Source: an uncultured Bdellovibrionales bacterium (GTDB taxonomy: Bacteria > Patescibacteriota > Minisyncoccia > Moranbacterales > DUUL01). Taken from it: a stretch of DNA of 64,000 nucleotides. The stretch is taken from positions 2,022-66,021 of the forward strand of contig CAYWJP010000001.1 of assembly GCA_964458715.1 (NCBI GenBank). The letters run 5' to 3'. Below, one piece after another: positions 9,794-18,977 of the stretch (within the stretch, counting starts at the first letter, position 1; every line of letters starts with the position of its first letter). The notes under the pieces were generated by a model. It was not told the DNA's origin. It did not search any database and was given only the letters and a program-made list of their open reading frames with translations. The position numbers were made by a program, and so were the translations under genes.

Positions 9794-10837
9794 ATGCAAA
9801 AACATCCTCACTTTTTACTCTTTTTAATCATCCTGTCTGCCATCGGGACTTTCTTTGTAATGAAACCGTTTCTTTTATCAATTTTTCTAGCTTTTATTTT
9901 ATCCACCCTATTTAGTAAAACCAATAAAAAATTAGCCAAAAAATTAAATGGACACAAATCCTGGTCATCATTAATTATGTGTCTTTGGGTGATGCTAATT
10001 TTAATCATTCCATTTTTTATAATTACTGCGCTAATGATTTCTGAAGCGGATTCCCTAATCAAAGAAATGCAAAATAAAAATATTTCTTTTGACATTAGTA
10101 CCCTTAAAAATCTACCGATTGTGAATACTTTTAACTTAGATCAAACGTTACAATCGAACGAAGGAATCAGTCAAATAGCCAAGAGTACTCAAAATATCAG
10201 CAACTACCTATTCACCGCCATAAAAGCTGTTTATACCAGCGCTAGTAATTTTATTTTTATTTTAGTTGTTTGTTTTTTTGCTCTTTATTATTTTTTTAAA
10301 GACGGTGATTCAATTATCAAAAAAATAATGGATTTAAGTCCACTTCCTTCCAACCAAGAAAAAGAACTTTTTGAAAAATTTAACACTATGACTATTGCCA
10401 CCATTAAAGGAACTTTGATCATTGCCTTAATTCAAGGAATTTTAATGGGAATTACCTTTTGGATAGCCGGAGTTCAAGCTCCAACTCTATGGGGACTACT
10501 GACTGCTTTAATTTCGATTATTCCTCTGCTGGGCGCTTTTCTGATTTGGCTTCCGGTTGGTTTAGTTTTATTAGCTTTAAGCTATTATTGGCAAGGAATT
10601 TTTGTTCTAATTATAGGAGCGGTTATTATTAGTAGTATTGATAATTTTTTAAGACCGAAATTAATAGAGGGCCAAACTAGCCTACATCCATTATTAGTAT
10701 TTCTCGCCACAATTGGAGGAATTGTTTTTTTCGGGCCATTAGGTTTCGTAGTTGGACCAGTTTTGGTAACTTTATTAATATCATTATTAGAAATCTATCA
10801 AACGGGTCATGTTCAAAATCCCGTTCTTGAAAAATAA
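9794..10837 (+). CDS. AI-2E family transporter (PerM/YhhT-like)
   Basis: 8-TM protein with the characteristic C-terminal region LHPLLVFLATIGGIVFFGPLGFVVGPV. Confidence 0.65.
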   Translation: MQKHPHFLLFLIILSAIGTFFVMKPFLLSIFLAFILSTLFSKTNKKLAKKLNGHKSWSSLIMCLWVMLILIIPFFIITALMISEADSLIKEMQNKNISFDISTLKNLPIVNTFNLDQTLQSNEGISQIAKSTQNISNYLFTAIKAVYTSASNFIFILVVCFFALYYFFKDGDSIIKKIMDLSPLPSNQEKELFEKFNTMTIATIKGTLIIALIQGILMGITFWIAGVQAPTLWGLLTALISIIPLLGAFLIWLPVGLVLLALSYYWQGIFVLIIGAVIISSIDNFLRPKLIEGQTSLHPLLVFLATIGGIVFFGPLGFVVGPVLVTLLISLLEIYQTGHVQNPVLEK

Positions 10838-10856
10838 ATTATAAATAAAATAAATT

Positions 10857-11300
10857 ATGGAAATCAATTATTTATATATTCTAATCCCAGTTTTAGTCGG
10901 AGGAATAACTCAGATAACAAAATTTGCCATCTTCACCTACAGACACGGCTTACAATGGAAATATTTATTTGCTCACGGTCATATGCCTTCCACCCACAGT
11001 GCTTTCGTGGCTGCTTTGGTTATAACTGCTGGTCGCTCAGCCGGTTTTGGTAGTGGTGTCTTTTTGATCGCCTTCTCTCTTAGCATAATAATAATTGACG
11101 ACGCCTTAAGACTCCGAATGTACTTAGGTGACCAAGGCCGTTATCTAAATATGCTGATTGAAACCTTAAAAATGGACGCCAAGGAATTTCCCAAACTAAA
11201 AGAACGAGTTGGACACCGTTCTTCAGAAGTTTTAGTTGGAATAATTTATGGAATACTTTTGGCTAATTTATTCTTCTACCTTTTTTCAAAATTAAATTAA
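10857..11300 (+). CDS. Divergent PAP2 / YuiD family membrane protein
   Basis: GHMPSTHSAFVAALVITAG motif typical of the acid phosphatase/vanadium haloperoxidase-related (YuiD) family. Confidence 0.55.
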   Translation: MEINYLYILIPVLVGGITQITKFAIFTYRHGLQWKYLFAHGHMPSTHSAFVAALVITAGRSAGFGSGVFLIAFSLSIIIIDDALRLRMYLGDQGRYLNMLIETLKMDAKEFPKLKERVGHRSSEVLVGIIYGILLANLFFYLFSKLN

Positions 11301-11337
11301 ATCATTTAGAATATTTTTTTATCATTTCTGATTAAAT

Positions 11338-11781
11338 ATGCCAGAAAAAATTATAATCAAAAACGCCCCGATAGAAGACGTTGTATTTGTAAATTCAACA
11401 ATTACTGAATTTGATAAACCTTATAAAAAAGAATATTTTAAAGAAAGATATGAGGGTAAAGATAATTTAATAATCGTTGCTTATATCAGCAACAAACCTG
11501 TTGGTTATGTTGTTTGGTACAATCGAGATAATGATAATTCTTTCTATTGCTGGATGGCTGGTGTTAATCCCGAGTATAGACGTCTTGGTATTTTAAAAAA
11601 ATTAATGGATTATGGATTTAATTGGGCAAAAAATAAAGGTTATCAAAAAATAAAAATAAAAACGAGAAACAACCGACGTGAAATGCTTACATATTTAGTT
11701 AGATATGGCTTTCAATTTACAAATATAGTCCAATATCCAAATGTCGATGACAATAGAATCGAACTTGAAAAATCAACATAA
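11338..11781 (+). CDS. GNAT family N-acetyltransferase
   Basis: Motif A-like RRLGILKKLMDYGFNWAKNKGY in a 147 aa protein. Confidence 0.6.
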   Translation: MPEKIIIKNAPIEDVVFVNSTITEFDKPYKKEYFKERYEGKDNLIIVAYISNKPVGYVVWYNRDNDNSFYCWMAGVNPEYRRLGILKKLMDYGFNWAKNKGYQKIKIKTRNNRREMLTYLVRYGFQFTNIVQYPNVDDNRIELEKST

Positions 11782-11782
11782 T

Positions 11783-13060
11783 TTAGTTATTCAAGATATC
11801 TTGAATAACTTTTTTATCGTTCCAGAGAATAGTTTTAGATCCAATCATCATTGTTTCTTCAGCGCCTTTCCCTGTTACTAAAACAATATCCCTTTTTTCT
11901 GCAATTTCAAGAGCCTTTTCTAAGGCTTTTTTTCGATCCTCAACTCTTAAAAGTTTTTTAATGTTTTTAACCCCCTTTTCAATCTCTTCCATAATTTTAA
12001 CCGGATCTTCGGTATAAGAGTCTTCATTAGTTACAATTATTTTATCAGCAAACCGAGAAACTATTTCTCCCATAATTGGACGCTTCCCTCGATCTCGATC
12101 CCCGCAACTACCAAAAACCCAAATTAATTTGGCCTGATTTTTCTTTTTAAAATCCTCCATCATTTTGCCCAACTTCTCCATCGAATCAGGAGTCAAAGCA
12201 TAATCAATAATTATTTTTATTCCTTTTTTATTTTCCACAAAATCCATTCTTCCTGGAATATTCTTAATTTCTTTTAATTTATTACTAATATTATTCATTG
12301 ACACTCCTTCTGAAACACCCACACAAATAGCGGCTAAAGCATTTTCAATATTAAACTTACCTGGTAAATTTAATTTAAAACTAACCCCGTCCACCACAAA
12401 ACCACTTTTAAAATTTTCCAGTTTTATATCTTCTGCTTTCCAAGTTGGACAATTTTTTGAAATTTTTTCTTTAAAATCAATCCCATACAAATAATTTTTA
12501 TCCATTCCCGGCAAAACAAATTCTTGAAATTTTTCCATATCTCGATTGATAATTCCCACTCGCTTGGTTCTTCGCCAAGAATTAGAAGTTATTTGAAATA
12601 ATTTTAATTTAGTTTTTCGATAATCATCCATATTCAAGTGATAATCTAAATGTTCCCGTGTAATATTAGTTACCACCGCCGTATTATAATCCACGCCCCA
12701 AATTCGAAATTGATCCAAGGCATGAGAAGAAGTTTCCAAAACTAAATATTCGCAACCATCTCCGAGAGCTTTACTGATAAATTTTTGTAACTGCCAAGCT
12801 GATTGAGTCGTAAATTTAGTTCTGTTAACTTCCTCCTGGTCTCCAATTTTAAAATTAATAGTCGAATAAATTGCCACTTTTTTGCCAGTAGCTTCTAATA
12901 CTTTTCCAATCATTTGAACCGTCGTAGTTTTTCCATTAGTTCCAGTTACGCCAATCACAATTATTTTCCGAGAAGGAAACATAAATCTAAAATTAGCTGC
13001 AATTGCCATCTTTAAATGATAAATATTTTTAATTTTTTGAACAATTCTTTTAATCTTCAT
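11783..13060 (-). CDS. murE: Mur ligase, MurE-like, with a shortened N-terminal domain
   Basis: P-loop GVTGTNGKTTT plus the MurE-type C-terminal block FGSCGDRDRGKRPIMGEI..VTNEDSYTEDP. The P-loop lies at residue about 38, so the UDP-binding N-domain is largely absent. Confidence 0.55.
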   Translation of the reverse strand: MKIKRIVQKIKNIYHLKMAIAANFRFMFPSRKIIVIGVTGTNGKTTTVQMIGKVLEATGKKVAIYSTINFKIGDQEEVNRTKFTTQSAWQLQKFISKALGDGCEYLVLETSSHALDQFRIWGVDYNTAVVTNITREHLDYHLNMDDYRKTKLKLFQITSNSWRRTKRVGIINRDMEKFQEFVLPGMDKNYLYGIDFKEKISKNCPTWKAEDIKLENFKSGFVVDGVSFKLNLPGKFNIENALAAICVGVSEGVSMNNISNKLKEIKNIPGRMDFVENKKGIKIIIDYALTPDSMEKLGKMMEDFKKKNQAKLIWVFGSCGDRDRGKRPIMGEIVSRFADKIIVTNEDSYTEDPVKIMEEIEKGVKNIKKLLRVEDRKKALEKALEIAEKRDIVLVTGKGAEETMMIGSKTILWNDKKVIQDILNN

Positions 13061-13072
13061 TCTAGTTTATTA

Positions 13073-14026
13073 TTAGCGTTTTAATAATTGTAAAATTCTA
13101 TAAATCCAATATTTAAGTGGACATAAAATTAAATCGTAACAACCAGGAAATACAACCGGCGCGCAATTAGGACGAAATCCTTTTTTAAATCGAGTTATTC
13201 CTGCCCATTTTTTCTTGTTCAATTCAACTGCTATACCAAAAAAATCATATTTTATGGCACCTTTCTCCTTGGCTCTTTTAATAGCTTCCCATTGTAAAAA
13301 ATAATTAGCCATAAGATTTCGATCTTTATCTGAAGAAGCTCCATGTAAATAAGTGGCTACTCCGCCAAAATAACTAACAATAATCGCTCCGACAGGTTGC
13401 TCTCCACTAGAAGCCACTAGAAGCTCCAAATTATCCCTTGGAACAGCTTTGAACATCTTTTTGTAGTATCCACTATTATGAAAAGATACACCATCTCTAA
13501 TGGCTGTTTCTTGGGTTAATTTCCAAAAAATGTCTAGGTCTTCAAGATTTTCCGAAATTCTGACTTCGACCTCCTTTTTTTCAGCCAAGCGAATATTATA
13601 GCGAGTCTTTGATTTCATTTCAGCTAAAATTTGGTCCAAATCTTTTTTCAAGTCAATTACTAAAGTTTCCGAAGATTGATGATTTTTCCTCGCTTTAACT
13701 ATCCAACCTTTGAATTTTTTCAAATCTTCTTTTCTCTGAGGCTCCACTCTAATCCAACTCGCCCTATTTTTAATTGCAATTTTCTTAATATTCTCTAGCA
13801 ATAATTGATTGTCTTCCTCATCGTCGCTAAAGACAGGACCGCGAGGAATATAAAAATACTTACCAACAACTGGCAGTTTGTTTTCAATAACCAAAGTTTT
13901 GTTTTTTGAACTTTCTGTCAAATAGAAAGTTTTTCCCAATTCACGCTGAAAAGCCACCCAATGCACAGATTGTAAAAAACCCCCGTCTAAACTATTTTCT
14001 TCTAAAAATCTCTCTTTTTTATCCAT
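13073..14026 (-). CDS. FemAB family peptidyltransferase (lipid II amino-acid bridge synthase-like)
   Basis: 317 aa, FemX/FemAB-like length and N-terminal region. Immediately downstream of the murE-like gene on the same strand. Confidence 0.5.
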   Translation of the reverse strand: MDKKERFLEENSLDGGFLQSVHWVAFQRELGKTFYLTESSKNKTLVIENKLPVVGKYFYIPRGPVFSDDEEDNQLLLENIKKIAIKNRASWIRVEPQRKEDLKKFKGWIVKARKNHQSSETLVIDLKKDLDQILAEMKSKTRYNIRLAEKKEVEVRISENLEDLDIFWKLTQETAIRDGVSFHNSGYYKKMFKAVPRDNLELLVASSGEQPVGAIIVSYFGGVATYLHGASSDKDRNLMANYFLQWEAIKRAKEKGAIKYDFFGIAVELNKKKWAGITRFKKGFRPNCAPVVFPGCYDLILCPLKYWIYRILQLLKR

Positions 14027-14202
14027 TTTAAAAATATTATTATTCTAAATATTGTCAATATCCGCCTAGCACGACAGGGATTAGATATTTAAGTGTAGTT
14101 TGAGGAAAATTTAATCACGATTAAATCAGATTCTTCATCTCAATATTCTCTTAATATAACAGAAATCCTATATTTGAGCACAGTTGAAAAACACCAAGAA
14201 TT

Positions 14203-14310
14203 ATAAGTTTGAGTGCAATTCGAGGAAAAACCGGAGTTGTCGTCTGGGGCGTATGAATAATACAGCGAAGTCGACACGATGGTTTTAACAAAGAAGTGCG
14301 CCAAACTTAT
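14203..14310 (+). repeat. Family-1 structured intergenic repeat, copy A (a degenerate half-copy lies just upstream at about 14171-14200)
   Basis: Outer stem ATAAGTTTG/CAAACTTAT encloses the core TTTGAGTGCAATTCGAGG…GCGTATGAATAA…AACAAAGAAGTGCGCCAAAC. Ends 10 nt before the ruvA stop codon. Confidence 0.7.
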
Positions 14311-14319
14311 AGCTCTTGT

Positions 14320-14889
14320 CTATTGGCGCATGGATTTAAGGGCAAGCTTTATCCTTTCCGAAATATCTTCAATCCCACTTTCAACACTTTTCGACGCTTC
14401 CCTCGCCTCACTGATATTGTACCCCATTGACACCAAAGCTTCGATAACATCTTGATCACCTTGAGCAGTTTGTTGAATAGCAGCTGAAAAGTTTTTAATC
14501 TTATTCTGAAGCTCTAAAACTACTCTCTCGGCAATTTTCTTCCCAATTCCTGATACTTGAGTCAAAATACTTATATCACGATTAACAATAGCAGTTTTAA
14601 TCACATCCGGTGAGGCAATATTAAGAATATTCAAAGCTGCTTTTGGTCCAATCCCCGAGACTGAAATTAGCAACTCAAACAACTCCAATTCTCCTTGAGT
14701 TTCAAATCCAATTAACATTAGTTGGTCTTCTTTTACGTGAGTATGAATAAATAATTCCAAAATTTCCTGACTAGAAGCCTTACCAATAGTTGCTTCATTG
14801 CAAAAAACCTTATAACCCACGCCGTTAACGTCAACTACTAAATATCCCACTCCGAAATAATTCACTAATCCTTTTAATTTTCCAATCAT
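14320..14889 (-). CDS. ruvA: Holliday junction DNA helicase RuvA
   Basis: OB-fold N-terminus MIGKLKG, two helix-hairpin-helix motifs (GIGPKAA, GIGKKIAER), C-terminal domain III. Confidence 0.8.
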   Translation of the reverse strand: MIGKLKGLVNYFGVGYLVVDVNGVGYKVFCNEATIGKASSQEILELFIHTHVKEDQLMLIGFETQGELELFELLISVSGIGPKAALNILNIASPDVIKTAIVNRDISILTQVSGIGKKIAERVVLELQNKIKNFSAAIQQTAQGDQDVIEALVSMGYNISEAREASKSVESGIEDISERIKLALKSMRQ

Positions 14890-14898
14890 CTTTTTATC

Positions 14899-15031
14899 TT
14901 AATTTTGAATTTTAAATTTTGAATTTTGATTCAATTTAGAATGACTTAATTTATAATTTCAGTAATTTTTTAGAAAATTAATTCATTAAAAATTAGAATT
15001 TGATTCAAAATTCAAAATTTAAAATTAATTT
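14899..15031. promoter_or_regulatory. Large imperfect inverted repeat built from two AT-rich heptamer modules in the divergent ruvA/rpsT intergenic region
   Basis: Forward arm 14899-14952 (TTAATTTTGAATTTTAAATTTTGAATTTTGATTCAATTTAGAATGACTTAATTT) and reverse arm 14990-15031 (AAAATTAGAATTTGATTCAAAATTCAAAATTTAAAATTAATT), between divergently transcribed genes. Confidence 0.45.
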
Positions 15032-15117
15032 CATTGTGTTTATAATATCATTATCTTTACAAATTTTCCAGACCGTGCTAATATTGTGCAATAAACTATT
15101 AAATTAAGTTAAAAATT

Positions 15118-15387
15118 ATGCCAATATTAGACGCCGCCAAAAAATACGTGAAAGTAACTGCTAGAAAAAACGCTTTCAATAAAAAAACCAAACTTACAAT
15201 GAAAAACGCTATTCGAAAAGTAAGCGATGCTATTCTAGTTAAAGATGTTACTGGAGCTGAAAAATTATTCAAATCCGCTCAACAAGCCATCGACAAAGCT
15301 ATGAAAAAAGGAATTCTAAAGAAAAACACTGCTGCTCGAAGAAAATCAGTTTTAGTCAAAAAAATTGTCGCTTTGAAAAGCAAATAG
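15118..15387 (+). CDS. rpsT: 30S ribosomal protein S20
   Basis: 89 aa basic helical protein with an S20-like N-terminus (AKKYVKVTARKNAFNKK). Followed by a bidirectional terminator. Confidence 0.7.
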   Translation: MPILDAAKKYVKVTARKNAFNKKTKLTMKNAIRKVSDAILVKDVTGAEKLFKSAQQAIDKAMKKGILKKNTAARRKSVLVKKIVALKSK

Positions 15388-15424
15388 AATTTTCCACTTA
15401 CCACCGAATAATTTACACCATTTT

Positions 15425-15458
15425 AAAAACGTCACTCTCGAGTGACGTTTTTTATTTT
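15425..15458. terminator. Bidirectional rho-independent terminator (rpsT and the convergent small gene)
   Basis: AAAAACGTCACTCTCGAGTGACGTTTTTTATTTTT: GC stem flanked by an A-run and a T-run. Confidence 0.7.
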
Positions 15459-15478
15459 TATTGTAGAAAATTATTTTG

Positions 15479-15712
15479 CTACACTCCCAGAAATTTGAGC
15501 AACTCAAACACCAAGAATGCCGGCCAGATAATTGCCTTCAAAAGACCAACTACTCCAGACCAGAAACCGGCTGCGACTGAGATATAATAAACCACAGCAC
15601 CAATCGCTCCAAGTACATAGAAAACGCCTTCGCAATCCTCAGTATCACAACACATTTCCCTTTTTATAAAATTCCCCACCCAAATATTAACAATCTCGAA
15701 ACTACTCCCCAA
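15479..15712 (-). CDS. Small two-TM membrane protein with an acidic Cys-rich head (MCCDTEDCEG), hypothetical
   Basis: The track ORF uses a TTG start; an internal ATG gives a 58 aa product. No clear SD. A 12-bp palindrome TAGACGCGTCTA sits at the start. Confidence 0.25.
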   Translation of the reverse strand: MGSSFEIVNIWVGNFIKREMCCDTEDCEGVFYVLGAIGAVVYYISVAAGFWSGVVGLLKAIIWPAFLVFELLKFLGV

Positions 15713-15865
15713 AAATAGACGCGTCTATAAAAACTGCTACCAACCTCTATTCATATTTTTGAGATAATCTTTAATTTATAACTTATCTCTTGATTTTATC
15801 TTCGCAATTAGCTAGACTAATTCATCGATTAACCAACAGCAACTTAACAGCCCGAGGAGAATATC

Positions 15866-16315
15866 ATGCTTCAATCATTCATGAAAAAACTTGCCGAAGT
15901 CGAACCATTCACTACCATCGCCGCTTTTATCATCCTCATTGACGAACCAAACACCTTTGAAATTCTTCAAAAATTCATTGCTACTTGCAAAACGAAACCC
16001 TGGAAAATTGATGGGATTAAAAGAGCTCTTTCTGGAAAACACCGTCAAGAAACACCTTGCGGTCCCAACGGGGGAACAATAACAATCAAAGCCCTCTATC
16101 CCAAGGATATATTACTCAGCCAAGGGATAGGCAAGCCCTTTGAAGTTCTCAAATACCTAGAAAAAACTTCTGAGTGCGAAGAAGGTGAAATTGCATATGC
16201 AATAAAATCAACTTTTGTCGGCTCTACCGAAGAAACGCTTTGTTGCAAAAAAACTCCTGAAGGGCTTGTAATTTCTGGCTACAAAAAGCACACTCCTCGA
16301 TCTAAATTTGATTAA
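15866..16315 (+). CDS. Hypothetical protein (149 aa, 5 Cys), no recognisable family
   Basis: Strong SD GAGGAG 6 nt upstream of the ATG. Followed by a bidirectional hairpin terminator. Confidence 0.45.
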   Translation: MLQSFMKKLAEVEPFTTIAAFIILIDEPNTFEILQKFIATCKTKPWKIDGIKRALSGKHRQETPCGPNGGTITIKALYPKDILLSQGIGKPFEVLKYLEKTSECEEGEIAYAIKSTFVGSTEETLCCKKTPEGLVISGYKKHTPRSKFD

Positions 16316-16342
16316 CCCAACTCGAAATAAACCTATTTCAAA

Positions 16343-16378
16343 AAGCCTGTTACGCTATCATGTGAACAGGCTTTTTGA
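16343..16378. terminator. Bidirectional rho-independent terminator between the 15866 ORF and the GIY-YIG gene
   Basis: AAGCCTGTT-ACGCTATCATGTG-AACAGGCTT followed by TTTTG, with an A-run on the other side. Confidence 0.7.
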
Positions 16379-16393
16379 CTCCCTGAATAATTT

Positions 16394-16636
16394 TTATTCT
16401 ACAATCAATTCCAACTTTTGAGATTTAGTTAGTTTTTTAATCCGAAATTCTTCCGCGGAAGCCTTGGCTCTGTTTTTAAAATTAGCCGAATAAACCATTT
16501 TTACTGGCCGTCGAGACGAGGTGTACTTTGCTCCCAGCTTAGAATCATTATGCTCGGCAATTCTCCGCTTTAAATCCGTAGTAATCCCCGCATACAAACT
16601 TCCGTCTGCACACTCAACAATATAGACGTAATACAT
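16394..16636 (-). CDS. GIY-YIG nuclease domain protein (UPF0213/YhbQ-like)
   Basis: MYYVYIVECADGSLYAGITTDLKRRIAEHN is the canonical GIY-YIG stand-alone domain. Confidence 0.7.
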   Translation of the reverse strand: MYYVYIVECADGSLYAGITTDLKRRIAEHNDSKLGAKYTSSRRPVKMVYSANFKNRAKASAEEFRIKKLTKSQKLELIVE

Positions 16637-16852
16637 ATTTCACTTTCAAAATAAAAATTTCAATTAATTATTATTATACCACTCTTTTGAATTTTAATAT
16701 TCTTTAGTATATCTTTATTCAAAAATCTTTCTAAAAATAGATACCTGTTATTAAAACATTGTAAATTAAGTAATTGAAAATTTTTTGGATAGCATAAAAG
16801 GGTTTGATTAGATTACCAAACCCTTTTAATTTTTTGTTGATGAAAATTTAAC

Positions 16853-17044
16853 TTATTTCCCTCCTCCCAAAGGACGACAAGCAATTTTTTCTATTTGACG
16901 TTTGATCTCCCTTACAGAAGACAATATCGTCAATAATTCATCGGACTTAGAATTTTGAATTATCAGATTTTTATTTCTATAAATTTTTCTGGATAATTCT
17001 TCAGATACAAACGCAATTTTTTCAACGATGCCCACTTCAGCCAT
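16853..17044 (-). CDS. Small hypothetical protein (63 aa)
   Basis: SD GGGAGG 8 nt upstream of the ATG. No recognisable motif. Confidence 0.3.
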   Translation of the reverse strand: MAEVGIVEKIAFVSEELSRKIYRNKNLIIQNSKSDELLTILSSVREIKRQIEKIACRPLGGGK

Positions 17045-17157
17045 AATTTCCTCCCAAAAATCATTTATAGTTTAATTTTCCAATTTTTTAACTATAGCAC
17101 AAAAACAGTAAAATGTCAATAGAATAGTATTGACATTTTCCTAATATTGTTCAGCTT

Positions 17158-18474
17158 TTATTTACTTTTGATCTCTTTAATTCCTCCTGGCATATATTTC
17201 TGTAAAACTTCAGGTATTTTGACTGAACCATCGGCTTGTTGGAAATTTTCCAAAATCGCGATGATAAACCGCGGAGATGGAATTGCCGTATTATTCAACA
17301 TAAACACATATTTCCTGTTTCCTTCTTCATCTTTATATTTAACCTTCAATCTACGAGCTTGCCAATCCAAGAAATTTGAAGCACTTCCAGTCTCGCCATA
17401 ACCGTTTCTTGATGGCAACCAAGCTTCTAAATCGAACATTCGATACTTACCCGCTCCCATATCACCAGTGCAAATTTCCAAGACCCTGTAGGGTAAACCA
17501 ATTTCTCGATGAAGTTCTTTGGAGATTTCCAGCATTTCTCGATGTAATTCCTCGGCTGCTTTGATATTAGCTTCACACAAACAAACCTGTTCGACTTTCA
17601 TAAACTCATGAACTCGATACAGTCCTTTGGTATCTTTTCCATAAGAGCCAATCTCGCTCCTATAGCAAGGAGAAAATCCACACAATTTCAAAGGCAATTG
17701 TTTGATGTCCAAAGTCTCGCCAGAATGATAAGCCAACAAAGAAGGCTCAGCTGTTCCAATTAAAAATTTATCTTCTTTATTAGATTCTCCGTCGACTTCC
17801 ACTTCTTTATTGGCGATTTTATAAACTTCGTCTTTTTCTTCATCAAAACTCTTTCCGGCAAAATAACCGCTACCAAATAAAACGTATTCTTTGACCAAGG
17901 TTGGTGGAATCATTGGCGAAAATCCCTTAGCAATTAATTTTTCCAAAGCATACATCATTAAAGCCATTTGCAAACTAACTCCCTCATTTTTCATATAGTA
18001 ACCTCTATACCCAGAAACTTTTACGCCTCGTTCAAAATCAACAATATCTAAATCTTTCCCTAGCTGTAGATGATCTTTAGGCTCAAAATCGAACTTAGTC
18101 GGTTCGCCTTCCTTCTCCACTTCCAAATTCTCGCTTTCATCTTTTCCAACTGGAACATCACTAGCGGTAATTACTGGAACTTGAACCATTAAGTTCATAT
18201 ATTCATCTTCCATTCCTTTTAATTCTTTTTCGATTTTCCCGACTTTTTCTTTCAATTCTTTTCCTTCAGAAATTTGTTCATCGGTTGGTCGATTGCCTTG
18301 AGTAGACTTAGCTAATTCATTTCTTTGAGATCGAAGTTTGTCCAATTCAGTCATCAAAGCTCGTCGCTCTTGATCAATTTCTAAAAGTCGATCTAAATCA
18401 AGATCTATATTTTTATTTTTTGCCGCCTTGGCTATGGCCTCAGCATTTTCTCGAATAAATTTTATGTCTAACAT
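17158..18474 (-). CDS. serS: Seryl-tRNA synthetase
   Basis: N-terminal coiled-coil tRNA-binding arm (MLDIKFIRENAEAI...) and class II core motifs. Confidence 0.9.
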   Translation of the reverse strand: MLDIKFIRENAEAIAKAAKNKNIDLDLDRLLEIDQERRALMTELDKLRSQRNELAKSTQGNRPTDEQISEGKELKEKVGKIEKELKGMEDEYMNLMVQVPVITASDVPVGKDESENLEVEKEGEPTKFDFEPKDHLQLGKDLDIVDFERGVKVSGYRGYYMKNEGVSLQMALMMYALEKLIAKGFSPMIPPTLVKEYVLFGSGYFAGKSFDEEKDEVYKIANKEVEVDGESNKEDKFLIGTAEPSLLAYHSGETLDIKQLPLKLCGFSPCYRSEIGSYGKDTKGLYRVHEFMKVEQVCLCEANIKAAEELHREMLEISKELHREIGLPYRVLEICTGDMGAGKYRMFDLEAWLPSRNGYGETGSASNFLDWQARRLKVKYKDEEGNRKYVFMLNNTAIPSPRFIIAILENFQQADGSVKIPEVLQKYMPGGIKEIKSK

Positions 18475-18524
18475 GATAAATTTTATAATTTTTAATTTTG
18501 TAATTTTTAAATAAATATTAAATG

Positions 18525-18977
18525 CTAATTTTTAATTTTATCTAAATCTCCGTTTAAGATTATCGTTTTCATCGCCATGATTTCATCCTTATAACCCATT
18601 TCAGGAATTTCATTTAATAAAAATATTTTTTTATTCAAAACATGAGCAAAGCCCATTTCAAGGAAAGTATTTCCACCGATGTAACCTAAAATTCCTTTTT
18701 TCTCCATGTTTAAAATAAGAATAGCATCCATTTCCTTAATTTTCTTATAATAAAGCCTGATGACATCGTCGTTAATTTTCCGCAAAGCGCTTTCTCGAAA
18801 TTTCTTATCACCGTTAACATCTTTTTCTTTTAAAAAATCTTCCATTGTCAATTCTCCATCAATGATTCGCTTGCTAGTCAAAGGAATATCGACTACGTGC
18901 CCAACCTTAACTAATTTATCATTAGCCTCTTTTATGTCATAAGTAAAATCTATACTTCCACAAATTGCAATCTTCAT
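18525..18977 (-). CDS. Hypothetical protein, possibly a nucleoside 2-deoxyribosyltransferase-like Rossmann fold
   Basis: MKIAICGS N-terminus and a GYIGGNTFLEMGFAHVLNKKIFLL block. Weak assignment. Confidence 0.3.
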   Translation of the reverse strand: MKIAICGSIDFTYDIKEANDKLVKVGHVVDIPLTSKRIIDGELTMEDFLKEKDVNGDKKFRESALRKINDDVIRLYYKKIKEMDAILILNMEKKGILGYIGGNTFLEMGFAHVLNKKIFLLNEIPEMGYKDEIMAMKTIILNGDLDKIKN

